Virus record (IMG/VR): IMGVR_UViG_3300029939_000002
Direction: 5' to 3' (one strand)
DNA: 64,000 nucleotides
Source of the DNA: an uncultured virus (IMG/VR IMGVR_UViG_3300029939_000002)
Lineage: Duplodnaviria > Heunggongvirae > Uroviricota > Caudoviricetes
The stretch's first letter is position 1. Each line of letters opens with the position of its first letter. Positions 1 through 9,248 of this stretch are shown here, in pieces. A program made the translations under genes and the position numbers. The notes under the pieces were generated by a model that made no database searches, had not been told where the DNA came from, and saw only the letters and a list, made by a program, of their open reading frames with translations.

Positions 1-610
1 CTAATGCAGATGACAATGTAGTAGATAGTGCACTGTTAGTAGCATAGTTCTGCAAAGCTGTATTTATTGCAGTATTCATGTTACTAGTTGTTGAATAACT
101 AGATAAGGTGTTCGTTAATGTAGTATTTGTAACAAAGTTATTTAATGTATTTGTTAATGAAATTGATGTAACATAGTCATCGAGTATAGTAGCGAGTGTA
201 ATATTAGTTACATAATTTTCAGTCAAATAACTATTAGTCACAAAGGCTGGATTTAATAAGATCCATACTTTATTCTTATAATCCCATAATAAATCTAAGA
301 AATGATTTTCTCCAGAAATTTCACCTGGAATTAAATTTATATTATTTAATTTAACAATTGTAAATGGATTTATACAAGAAATATTTGGTGTAAATTCTGG
401 TGTTGTTGTCGTATTAGCAAATAGTGCTCTTGTAATTAATCTTAAGAAACCATTTTCTGGTAATTCAGTAATAGATGGATCAAAGTCACCAATAATAAAA
501 TCGCTCGTTCCTAATGTATTATAACAAATAACAGAACGAAGCTGTTGAATACTAAGTGGCGTCTCTGATCTACCAGAATATACTCCTGGTATCTTTGGAA
601 AAATTTGCAT
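1..610 (-). CDS. Partial tail-fibre-like protein (runs off the window start); not in the ORF track
   Basis: ATG at 610 opens MQIFPKIPGVYSGRSE... with no stop before position 1. The C-proximal part has YVT/YAT 13-residue shaft repeats (..INTALQNYATNSALSTTLSSAL) shared with 4327..5763. Confidence 0.75.
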   Translation of the reverse strand, partial: MQIFPKIPGVYSGRSETPLSIQQLRSVICYNTLGTSDFIIGDFDPSITELPENGFLRLITRALFANTTTTPEFTPNISCINPFTIVKLNNINLIPGEISGENHFLDLLWDYKNKVWILLNPAFVTNSYLTENYVTNITLATILDDYVTSISLTNTLNNFVTNTTLTNTLSSYSTTSNMNTAINTALQNYATNSALSTTLSSAL

Positions 611-661
611 TTTCTAAATTTCCTTAAATAGAGATACTTATAAAATGTTTTTTAATAAATG

Positions 662-695
662 AGGGATAGACTGGGCTTACGCCCAGTCTATCCCT
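662..695. terminator. Hairpin, 15-bp stem with TTAC loop
   Basis: agggatagactgggc-ttac-gcccagtctatccct, immediately downstream of 703..1119. Confidence 0.7.
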
Positions 696-702
696 TTTAA
701 AA

Positions 703-1119
703 TCAATAATCCCAACACTGTGCCGTGAGCGTTACCGTAGGAGGTGCGGCAATTGAAATACCAGCATAAAGCATATCGTTACTACCAAGTCGGAGTGGAC
801 GATCATCACTATACCGGAAAAAGCTGATCGGATTTCCGCCATTACTTCCAACTGTAGATAACAATGCACTATCCAATTGATAGACAGGCCCAGTCCCACT
901 AGGTTGAATAAACAATTGTACAATAACACTATTATCAATAGTACCATTTGAAATAGCAGAAATACTTGTAATTATACTACCATTACTACCAGCTTGAATC
1001 AGTTCTTCAATAGAAGACCATTCTGTATCTCCATAATAAACATTATTAGCATTCATTAATACACAACAATCAGTTTTTGGTGTTTGTGGAAAGATTGGAT
1101 TTGTCGAGACAGATGACAT
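703..1119 (-). CDS. Small virion/tail-associated protein, paralog of 3376..4281
   Basis: Shares N-terminal FPQ, AGxNGSI, GPxxxxDS, YSDxxPLRLGxxDxLY and terminal DY/DF with 3376..4281. Confidence 0.65.
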   Translation of the reverse strand: MSSVSTNPIFPQTPKTDCCVLMNANNVYYGDTEWSSIEELIQAGSNGSIITSISAISNGTIDNSVIVQLFIQPSGTGPVYQLDSALLSTVGSNGGNPISFFRYSDDRPLRLGSNDMLYAGISIAAPPTVTLTAQCWDY

Positions 1120-1200
1120 TTTCTATTTTCTCCAATTCTGAAGATTTATAAACATAAAATAAATGTGTTATTTTATTTTGAAGTATTAATAATCTTTATA

Positions 1201-2331
1201 TCAAGTCCAACTTATATAAACAAGGCCATTTGTAGAATTGGGTATAATAGGATTATAAACTGTATTATTACCAACAATATTATCTCCACAACCAGAAACG
1301 CCATCGTATCCAGCTAAAGAAGTACCACCTGGAGGAGTGCTTGTAATATTTCCAGTATTTCCAGAATACAAAGTACCAGCAGTAACGATAGTATTATTAT
1401 TTCCAAATGACGATGTTGTAAGAACAAACGAACCACCACCACCACCGGCATTGCCCCAGGCTGACCCACTACCTCCGCCAGAATAACCACCACCACCACC
1501 CGATGAAGAGTATGATGCATTGCTATCATTCCATGCCGGTGGACTACCGCCACCATACGAAGAGTAAATTCCATAACTACCATTCGGTGAAGATTGTGAA
1601 CCTGGGTTGATAAAGGACGAACCGCCTTTAGTCAGTATACCTGCACCGCCACCACTACCACCATTCCCACCACTACCACCTAAATTAGTACCACTGGAAT
1701 CCGGCTGACCAGAAGTTGTTGCTGTTCCGCCTGTGGCAAAGATATACGAACCCATGGCCCATAAACCACCGCCACCACCACCGGCTGCAATAATAAGGAC
1801 ATTATTTAGTGTAACAAATGAACCTCCACCACCACCTGCACGAACATATGAAGTAGAATTAGTACCATTTCCTGATGAACTCCAAGTACCAGTACCGCCA
1901 ACATAAATACGCATAATATCGCCAGGATTAACTGATACTACAATACTAGCAGCAGCACCAGAACCGCCGCCAACGTTAGCGCCGGCACCCCACACATTAA
2001 CCGTAACATTATGAGATTTATTAAATATGAGCATCTGATGGGTGCTCTGAAATGCAGCAGATAACGTACTACCATTCGCATATGTCGCTGGAGCAACAAC
2101 ATTAACTGAATAAGGATAATATGTTTTACCAGCATTCTTAGCATAAATAGTTTCATTACGACCTGGTTTTCCACTAAACCCAAATGTACACGATTTGTTA
2201 GAAGGAGTATATAGAATACCATATCCATACGGAGTTGGATTTTTCTGAGCATCAGGGATTATATTGTATCGATTATACAATTGACCAAATGTTGGAGGCT
2301 GTAATGCTACAGCAGGCATCGAAATAGGCAT
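1201..2331 (-). CDS. Glycine-rich adhesin-like tail protein
   Basis: VWGAG..GGGSGAAAS, IIAAGGGGGG and GGGGYSGGG poly-Gly runs typical of polyglycine-II bundle domains; paralog of 2344..3339. Confidence 0.65.
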   Translation of the reverse strand: MPISMPAVALQPPTFGQLYNRYNIIPDAQKNPTPYGYGILYTPSNKSCTFGFSGKPGRNETIYAKNAGKTYYPYSVNVVAPATYANGSTLSAAFQSTHQMLIFNKSHNVTVNVWGAGANVGGGSGAAASIVVSVNPGDIMRIYVGGTGTWSSSGNGTNSTSYVRAGGGGGSFVTLNNVLIIAAGGGGGGLWAMGSYIFATGGTATTSGQPDSSGTNLGGSGGNGGSGGGAGILTKGGSSFINPGSQSSPNGSYGIYSSYGGGSPPAWNDSNASYSSSGGGGGYSGGGSGSAWGNAGGGGGSFVLTTSSFGNNNTIVTAGTLYSGNTGNITSTPPGGTSLAGYDGVSGCGDNIVGNNTVYNPIIPNSTNGLVYISWT

Positions 2332-2343
2332 CTTTTTATATCC

Positions 2344-3339
2344 TTATGCTGCCCACTGCATGTATACCATGCCATTGTTACCACCATCGCCAGTAGCATT
2401 TCGTAAACAACGATCGCCATAACCAGCATTTCCATCCCAACCGACAAGTGTCATACCACCAGGAGATGTTGTAGATCCGGCATACATTGTACCAGCTGTA
2501 ATAACACTAATCATATCGGACCAGTTTGCAGCAATAACATAACTTCCACCACCACCACCAGCATTACTATTAACATTGTCGCCACATCCGCCAGAGTAAC
2601 CACCACCACCACCACCACCATTGTTATAACCATTACCACCGCCACCCCAACCACCTCTGGCATTAGCATTGCCATTAAATGCATAACCACCTGGATTAAG
2701 ACCAGGTGTTGACGTACCTTGGTTGTTAGCATATAAAGGACCATAAATACCTGCACCACCAACACCATTAGTAGAAGAAGCACATAGACCATTGGTACCA
2801 GGAGTACCACTATTACCAGAATCAGTTAATCCGGCATTAGCATTATTACCAGGCTTACCATTAGTAACTAAAGAAGTACCTCCACTATTTCCTGCACCAC
2901 CACCACCACCACCGGCCGCTAATACAAGTATACCATTTAAATAAACGAAAGTTCCACCACCACCACCACCACCCCAACCAATCCATGGGCCACCGCCACC
3001 ACCAACATAAACATCTAGTATATCACCAACATTCGGAGAAATAACAATACTAGCAGCAGCTCCACCACCACCATAAAAACCACCACCCGCACCCCAAGCA
3101 TTAATAAGAAGAGATCCAGTTTTTCTATAAAATCTAATTTGTTGAGGAGCTGATAATGGCTGAGTAACCCAACCATTTGTTTCATTTGCTTTATTCGATA
3201 AATCATAATAATTAAAAATGCAAGACCGTTCAGGGCGAAGTATAAAGTTCCCAGCCGTGGTTACACCAACGGCTGGGTTCTTCAATACCTGTCCGAATGC
3301 TAACGGTCCAACGGGAGGAATAATATGCTGTCCTGCCAT
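2344..3339 (-). CDS. Glycine-rich adhesin-like tail protein
   Basis: AWGAGGG, GDILDVYVGGGG, LVLAAGGGGGG, GGYSGG and NGMVYMQW; colinear with 1201..2331. Confidence 0.65.
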   Translation of the reverse strand: MAGQHIIPPVGPLAFGQVLKNPAVGVTTAGNFILRPERSCIFNYYDLSNKANETNGWVTQPLSAPQQIRFYRKTGSLLINAWGAGGGFYGGGGAAASIVISPNVGDILDVYVGGGGGPWIGWGGGGGGGTFVYLNGILVLAAGGGGGGAGNSGGTSLVTNGKPGNNANAGLTDSGNSGTPGTNGLCASSTNGVGGAGIYGPLYANNQGTSTPGLNPGGYAFNGNANARGGWGGGGNGYNNGGGGGGGYSGGCGDNVNSNAGGGGGSYVIAANWSDMISVITAGTMYAGSTTSPGGMTLVGWDGNAGYGDRCLRNATGDGGNNGMVYMQWAA

Positions 3340-3375
3340 TTTAGTCCGTCCTTATCCGTCAGATAAACGTACTTT

Positions 3376-4281
3376 TTAGAAGTCGATGATTTGGCCGTAG
3401 AATGTGATGCCGGACGCATTGGCGACGCCGATTGCCACATACAGGACATCGCTGATACCGAGACGGAGAGGTGCCGCATCGCTATACTGGAACACGGTCT
3501 TGACATTCTGTGCAGATGTCGAGATAGTATTCGCAGTCAGTGTGACGGAATCGATCGGGACGATCGGGCCAATGCCGCCTTTCTGCAAATACAACATAGC
3601 ATCAGTAGCCGCCACTGTAGTAGCGCCAGAAACCCACAGGCCTGTCAGGATGGAACCATTGACACCAGCAGAACCCAGAGTGATCAGGCCAGGCCAGTTG
3701 ACAACATCATTACACAGCGCCAAGGTCGCTGTTGTAGCAGCCACTGTCGGGGTGACAGTCATGGTGTATGTGAATGTCGTTGCCGACGGAACTGTAGCAA
3801 CAGCAAAAATGCCATTGTAGGGATTCTGCGAAGCACCGGAAATGCCGACAATGTCGCCGATAGCCAAACCGTGAGCAGTAGCCGTTGTGGCCGTAGCGGT
3901 CGTCGACGAGAATGAAATGGCAGTGATGGCCGGCATCGTAATGGTATATGTGGCAACGTTGCCGTTGAACAAACCATTGGTCGGGTAGACCGCCGATGCA
4001 GGCGTTGACGCCATGGTGTATGTGAACTGAGTCGTCGAGATCACAGTGATCGAAACAGATACTGCATTGTAAGCAGCAATCGGAGAACCACTGATGGTCA
4101 GGATCTGACCAGTTGTCAGGCCATGAGCATATTCGGTGGTAGCAATGGCTGTTGTACCATTGAACGAAAGAGCTTGAATCGACAGCGGATTACCCGCATA
4201 AATCGTATTGGCAATTGAGGCTGTCGCGATCAAAGACCGCTGCTGCTGGGGGAAAGCCGGAACATTAGTAAGAGTAGTCAT
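3376..4281 (-). CDS. Virion protein with two inserted beta-rich repeats
   Basis: Two repeats of AHGLxxGxxxxISG..YN....TxFTYTM inside the 703..1119-type scaffold; codons are GC-rich. Confidence 0.65.
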   Translation of the reverse strand: MTTLTNVPAFPQQQRSLIATASIANTIYAGNPLSIQALSFNGTTAIATTEYAHGLTTGQILTISGSPIAAYNAVSVSITVISTTQFTYTMASTPASAVYPTNGLFNGNVATYTITMPAITAISFSSTTATATTATAHGLAIGDIVGISGASQNPYNGIFAVATVPSATTFTYTMTVTPTVAATTATLALCNDVVNWPGLITLGSAGVNGSILTGLWVSGATTVAATDAMLYLQKGGIGPIVPIDSVTLTANTISTSAQNVKTVFQYSDAAPLRLGISDVLYVAIGVANASGITFYGQIIDF

Positions 4282-4326
4282 GATTTTTCTGTGTCCTCTT
4301 TGTGAGATTTTTATTATACAAAATTA

Positions 4327-5763
4327 TTAGAAAGTCAGAGCTGCACCCCAACCACCGCCAGAATTATTAGCATTATTTGTAGCAATAGCACTTGAAATAG
4401 CAGTATTCATCTGAGAAGATGTTGAATAATTATTTAATGCAGATGACAACGTAGTAGATAGTGCACTACTGGTAACATAACTAGACAACGTAGTAGATAG
4501 TGCACTATTAGTAACATAAGCAGATAACGTAGTAGTGAGTGCACTATTAGTAGCATAAGCAGATAACGTAGTAGTGAGTGCACTATTGGTAACATAAGCA
4601 GATAACGTAGTAGTGAGTGCACTATTAGTAGCATAATCAGATAACGTAGTAGTGAGTGCACTATTAGTAGCATAAGCAGATAACGTAGTAGTGAGTGCAC
4701 TATTAGTAGCATAATCAGATAACGTAGTAGTGAGTGCACTATTAGTAGCATAAGCAGATAACGTAGTAGTGAGTGCACTATTGGTAACATAGTTCTGCAA
4801 AGCTGTATTTATTGTAGTTGTTACAGCATTTGTTGTTGAATAACTATTTAAAACATTTCCTAAAGTAACGCTTGTAACATACGATGACAGTACATTCACA
4901 TTAACATATCCTGATAATGTAGATGATAATGCAGAATTAGAAACATAATTAGAAAGATTGATATTCGATAAAGCTGTATTTAATGCTGTTGTTGTGACAT
5001 AGTTAGAAAGATTAATGTTCTCTAATGCAATTGTTAATGCACTATTAGTAACATAATCAGATAGAGATGAAGATAAATACTCATTTGTGATATAATCGAT
5101 AAGAATGCCATTTAATGAGGTTGTTAACGCAGCAATAGAACTTGTATCACTCGTCAGCAAAGCATCAATTTGTTCAAGAGTAGATAGTGTTGCTGGCGTG
5201 ACACCAGTGATAGTCTGTATAGCATCCTGAAGCTGCGTACCAGTAACATAATCGCCACTTGGACTATATGCAGCCAAGGAAGCTACTAACGAATTATTTG
5301 TAACATAACCAGACAATACAGAAGTTAAACTAGGTTCAGTAACAAACTCAGGAGCAGCATCACTATTGATCTGAAGTTGTTCTGGAGAAATAATTAATGC
5401 ATATCCAGCAATAGCTTCATTGAAGTTAATAATAAGACTATTAGCATCAACAGGTGTATAGCCAGGGCTGAACATTTGTCCATCGGTAGTAACAACTTGA
5501 ATAAATGGATACATATAACTGAGATTATGTGTAAGTGTCCAGGTATTGCTTGCAATGGCCTGGGTTATAACCATAGAGTTACTTAAATTAGTAACAGGGA
5601 AATAGGTAGCGACACCTTTAACGTATGTATATAAATACACAACGTCATTAATTGTGTAATATGTATTCGGTATAGGATTCGAAGGAAAATCGGTCAACTG
5701 AGATCCGATATTCACACCACCCATAACCGTTACATCACTACCGATGCGCTGAATATTACTCAT
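4327..5763 (-). CDS. Tail fibre-like protein with 13-residue shaft repeats
   Basis: NTWTLTHNL module, TLSTLEQI coiled segment and many YVT/YATNSALTTTLS repeats. Confidence 0.75.
   Translation of the reverse strand: MSNIQRIGSDVTVMGGVNIGSQLTDFPSNPIPNTYYTINDVVYLYTYVKGVATYFPVTNLSNSMVITQAIASNTWTLTHNLSYMYPFIQVVTTDGQMFSPGYTPVDANSLIINFNEAIAGYALIISPEQLQINSDAAPEFVTEPSLTSVLSGYVTNNSLVASLAAYSPSGDYVTGTQLQDAIQTITGVTPATLSTLEQIDALLTSDTSSIAALTTSLNGILIDYITNEYLSSSLSDYVTNSALTIALENINLSNYVTTTALNTALSNINLSNYVSNSALSSTLSGYVNVNVLSSYVTSVTLGNVLNSYSTTNAVTTTINTALQNYVTNSALTTTLSAYATNSALTTTLSDYATNSALTTTLSAYATNSALTTTLSDYATNSALTTTLSAYVTNSALTTTLSAYATNSALTTTLSAYVTNSALSTTLSSYVTSSALSTTLSSALNNYSTSSQMNTAISSAIATNNANNSGGGWGAALTF
4441..4791 (-). 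repeat. Coding tandem repeat, 9 x 39 bp
   Basis: The + strand unit gcagataacgtagtagtgagtgcactattagtagcataa is repeated head-to-tail and encodes Y[AV]TNSALTTTLS[AD]. Confidence 0.95.
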
Positions 5764-5959
5764 CGGAATTGTCCTTTCTTGGAAAACCTGTAAAAGATAC
5801 TTTATGATCTAATGCATCTGGAATATAATTTAATAATTTTATTTGATTATCTATAAATCTATTTAAATCGTGATTATCACAAATACCCTTTTTTCTAAAT
5901 GTTCTTTGTAACTTAAGAATATAATCTATCCATCCACATACATGCATGTTATTGATCAT
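5756..5959 (-). CDS. Hypothetical protein
   Basis: 67 aa, AT-rich; overlaps the start/stop codons of both neighbours, suggesting translational coupling. Confidence 0.5.
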   Translation of the reverse strand: MINNMHVCGWIDYILKLQRTFRKKGICDNHDLNRFIDNQIKLLNYIPDALDHKVSFTGFPRKDNSDE

Positions 5960-6153
5960 GTTAGCATATCTCTTAAACTTTCATATTTTTTCTTAATATC
6001 TTCTATTTTACTTCTTAATTCTATCGATTCTTTATTGTTTGGCATAAATGTAGTTTTGCTAGAAAATTCATTCATTATATTTGTCATTTCTTTATCCAAA
6101 TTATCAAGAATTCTATTTATTTTATTATTCTTTTTATCTGTTAAATTAATCAT
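5956..6153 (-). CDS. Hypothetical coiled-coil protein
   Basis: 65 aa with an upstream GGA; ATGA overlap with 5756..5959. Confidence 0.5.
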   Translation of the reverse strand: MINLTDKKNNKINRILDNLDKEMTNIMNEFSSKTTFMPNNKESIELRSKIEDIKKKYESLRDMLT

Positions 6154-6173
6154 TTTATTTTTCCGTAAAAAGA

Positions 6174-6206
6174 ATATGCCCTTCCTCTATAAGGGGAAGG
6201 GCATAT
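6174..6206. terminator. Hairpin downstream of 6221..7744
   Basis: atatgcccttcc...ggaagggcatat, 12-bp stem. Confidence 0.6.
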
Positions 6207-6220
6207 CTCATACGCCCAGA

Positions 6221-7744
6221 TTACGGAGTGACCGTGATCGGATCATTGGCAGTGATCGACACGATGACATTCATCGCAGAGCCGATGTCGCCGATGTAGA
6301 TGTTGTTGGCATCAACAACATGCCAGGGAAGCAGGATGTTGTCGAACACGCCATTGCCCATGTCGCCACGGATGGTCACCTGGATATTGCCAGTGTTCAA
6401 ATTGTGGTTGACGGTGTAGGACGAGGCCGCAACCGTCGAAGCGTAGTTATAACGCTGTGAGTTGATGGCGCTGACCAGGCCGTTGATGTCGGCATCACGA
6501 GCGGCCGCTTCAGCAGCGATATCCTGAGCCAGAGTGTTGGACAGGTTGGTGATCGCTGTTCCCCGGTCCTGGATTTCCTGAGTCAGACCAGACTGCACGT
6601 TATCGATAGCCGTCTGAAGATCTCCAGAAACAGAAGTCGACAGTGTCGCAACACTGGCCTTGACTTCGTTGATGGCGCCGACCAAGTTATTCGCCGTCGT
6701 TGTCAGACTGGCGACGGTGCCGATCTGAGTTTCGATGCCGTTGATCGCAGTCTGGATATTGCCGGTAACAGTGCTCGACAACGAATTGATGTTGCCCAAC
6801 ACTTCATTGATGGCGCCCGACAGATTCTTCGCAGTTGTCTGCAAAGTTGAACTGTCGCCGACACTGGTCAGCAATGCGGAGATGTTGCCGTCGGCCGTGT
6901 TGATCTGGGTCTGCAATCCCTGGATAGCCAGAGTGCGCTGTGTCTGCTCGTTCGAGACAGCACTAGAGATGGTGGAGTTGATGCCATCGGTATAAGCCTG
7001 GGCAACATGAACGCCAGTCGAATCGACGATGATGGTGGAGTTGTCACCAACCACGGCGATGGTGTTGCCGACGATCACGATACCATAGCCCTGGTCCAGG
7101 CTATTGGCACCATTCGACTGCGTGAACGCGACAGCGTCGGTACCGACGACATTGACCTGGTTGACCTGTGTGTACGGCTTGCCGCCGTATGTGCCATTTT
7201 CGACGTAGAATGTCGCGTCGGTGAACTCGTCCAGCGGAGTGGTTTCGTTCATGTCAGTAGAGCGTGACCAGGCGCCGGCCGCTGTAGCGATATAGATACC
7301 GTTACCCTGCCAACCGGCCGGAGTATCGACATTGACGGCGATGCGATCGCCTTCCTGGATGGCATAGCCCTGAATGGTATAAAGACCAGTCAGTGCCACG
7401 GCGGTGTCAGTACCATCCAGCATAACCTCGACGGCATACTTCCAGGACAGACCGTTGATGGCCTGATTAAGCTTGGCCGTCAGGGTGGCGACATCGGCTT
7501 CACGGGCCGCAGTCTCGGCCGACAGAGCCGAAACCGCCGAGGCGACGTCGCTGACCTGATTGATGACGAAGGCGCCGGAAGTATTGATCGAAGAGAAGTT
7601 CAGGGTGTTCGATGTGGTATTATACCACACACTCACCTTGGTGATCGGTGAGGGATCGACAGCCAGCTGCTCGATGCCGAAATTCTGGAAAACACCCGAA
7701 CCAACAAAGGCCAGATCTTGGCCAATACGCTGAGCATAAGTCAT
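6221..7744 (-). CDS. Fibre/decoration protein
   Basis: GLSWKYAV..LTGLYTIQG..GDRIAV..NGIY..GAWSRSTD is a common phage fibre domain. It is followed by LxTTAxNLxGAINEV repeats and a C-terminal VNHNLNT module. Codons are GC-rich. Confidence 0.7.
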   Translation of the reverse strand: MTYAQRIGQDLAFVGSGVFQNFGIEQLAVDPSPITKVSVWYNTTSNTLNFSSINTSGAFVINQVSDVASAVSALSAETAAREADVATLTAKLNQAINGLSWKYAVEVMLDGTDTAVALTGLYTIQGYAIQEGDRIAVNVDTPAGWQGNGIYIATAAGAWSRSTDMNETTPLDEFTDATFYVENGTYGGKPYTQVNQVNVVGTDAVAFTQSNGANSLDQGYGIVIVGNTIAVVGDNSTIIVDSTGVHVAQAYTDGINSTISSAVSNEQTQRTLAIQGLQTQINTADGNISALLTSVGDSSTLQTTAKNLSGAINEVLGNINSLSSTVTGNIQTAINGIETQIGTVASLTTTANNLVGAINEVKASVATLSTSVSGDLQTAIDNVQSGLTQEIQDRGTAITNLSNTLAQDIAAEAAARDADINGLVSAINSQRYNYASTVAASSYTVNHNLNTGNIQVTIRGDMGNGVFDNILLPWHVVDANNIYIGDIGSAMNVIVSITANDPITVTP

Positions 7745-7822
7745 TTTAAAAAACCCTTTCTGTGGTTTTCTTAGTTACATGGTGTAACTTTTTAAAAAAT
7801 ACAAAAAAATTAAGAAAAAAAA

Positions 7823-8245
7823 TTAAACTACGAATTGGACAATGACATAACCAGTCAATTGACTATTGAATTTTATTTCAAAAGTATCAAGATCAACCGG
7901 AGTCGGAGATGCCAATGTTAGAATAGCATTTTCATCATCGTCATATGTATAAATCTGAATAGAGAATGAAATAGTCCCTTTATTATGTGTAATGATCCAA
8001 GTATCTGAAGGTATATCAATATCATAACGAGTATTAGAATTTAGAAATGATTCTAAGTATGAAAGAGGAACATATTTTCTTGAACTTGGAATATCTTTAT
8101 AAAGTTGTCCATTACCTAATGTTAAAATACCCGTATCTGATTCAATAACAATCGCATCTTGTAAAATAGGATTGGATGTACTTTGCAACACCTTAGATAA
8201 TTCGGAGATGATGCGCGGTATACCAATTGAGGTGGATTCTACCAT
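7823..8245 (-). CDS. Small tail protein with Mtd_N-like attachment motif
   Basis: ESDTGILTLGNG matches the IKxGDG motif of 38801/39861; DTWIITHNKG matches NTWTLTHNL of 4327. Confidence 0.55.
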   Translation of the reverse strand: MVESTSIGIPRIISELSKVLQSTSNPILQDAIVIESDTGILTLGNGQLYKDIPSSRKYVPLSYLESFLNSNTRYDIDIPSDTWIITHNKGTISFSIQIYTYDDDENAILTLASPTPVDLDTFEIKFNSQLTGYVIVQFVV

Positions 8246-8366
8246 CGCATAAGCCTCCTCATAGGATGGTTATATTTTTCGATCATGACCTAGTGTCCTA
8301 AGGACGAGAGTTAATCATATAATAGATAAAATATAATATTTAACTAAAAAAGAATACTATGAAATA

Positions 8367-8399
8367 TAGCAGTAGGAGGCTAAAAGCCTCCTACTGCTA
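8367..8399. terminator. Hairpin, 15-bp stem
   Basis: tagcagtaggaggct-aaa-agcctcctactgcta. Confidence 0.7.
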
Positions 8400-9248
8400 G
8401 TTATTCTTCGAATTAAATAATGTATCAAGTTCTTCTATTCGATATTGACTACTATTTACTATTTTGTTAATTGTATAAACACTATCTACACATTCAGCAA
8501 GATTCTCAGGTTGTGTTAAGATAGTCGGAAGATATTGAGAAAACTCATCTGAAGAAGATTCATAAGTATCTATTATTTTCTTAATAATCTTTGGTGTAAG
8601 ACCTTCTATGTAAAGAGAAACAAGAACATTATAGATGTAATATTGATCCATCTGTATAACTAGTATGGTAGCACAAAAATCATCTATTTTATTTTTTTCT
8701 ATTCCTAATAACTCTATACAAATATCGTCTATTGATAGTATATGACCAAGGTGTTTAATATCTTGATCAAGTATAAGATTATCGATTGTAGTTCCATTTA
8801 TGTCGATATACTTTTCTAATCCAAAATCTAAAATAGCTCTCTTTAACCTTTTAATAAGAATACCGTTACATTTTTGATTCGTACATCTCAATAATGCTTT
8901 ATGTATTCTTGTACTACAATACATACAACACTCTATTTCTTTATTAATATAAGGAGGTTCAAATGGCGGACCGAATTTATAAAGATCATACTTGTGAATA
9001 TATATGTCTGGAATATTAGTATCTATTTTCTTAATATGTGTTATTCTTGGTTTTCCAGGAGTAACACCGAGTGTATAAACATATCGATACCCCATTGACT
9101 TAAATTTATCTTTTGAAATATCTATGATATAATTTTTATTATTAATGAGGCTCATAAACTGAGCCTCACCAATAAGATTTCCAAAATGATCTAAATCATA
9201 ATTAAAATCCACTAATTGACAAACATCTGTGATCGTTTTAGTTTTCAT
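8397..9248 (-). CDS. NAD-dependent DNA ligase C-terminal-like protein (OB, Cys4 zinc finger, HhH); no adenylation domain
   Basis: CMYC...LRCTNQKCNG..IKRLK resembles the LigA zinc finger; LVSLYIEGLTPKIIKKI resembles an HhH motif; only 283 aa and no KxDG. Confidence 0.55.
   Translation of the reverse strand: MKTKTITDVCQLVDFNYDLDHFGNLIGEAQFMSLINNKNYIIDISKDKFKSMGYRYVYTLGVTPGKPRITHIKKIDTNIPDIYIHKYDLYKFGPPFEPPYINKEIECCMYCSTRIHKALLRCTNQKCNGILIKRLKRAILDFGLEKYIDINGTTIDNLILDQDIKHLGHILSIDDICIELLGIEKNKIDDFCATILVIQMDQYYIYNVLVSLYIEGLTPKIIKKIIDTYESSSDEFSQYLPTILTQPENLAECVDSVYTINKIVNSSQYRIEELDTLFNSKNN

Noticed and set aside
4441..4791. 39-bp repeats as a CRISPR array
   Set aside because: Units are contiguous with no unique spacers, are a multiple of 3 and are in frame in a fibre gene; no cas genes are present.
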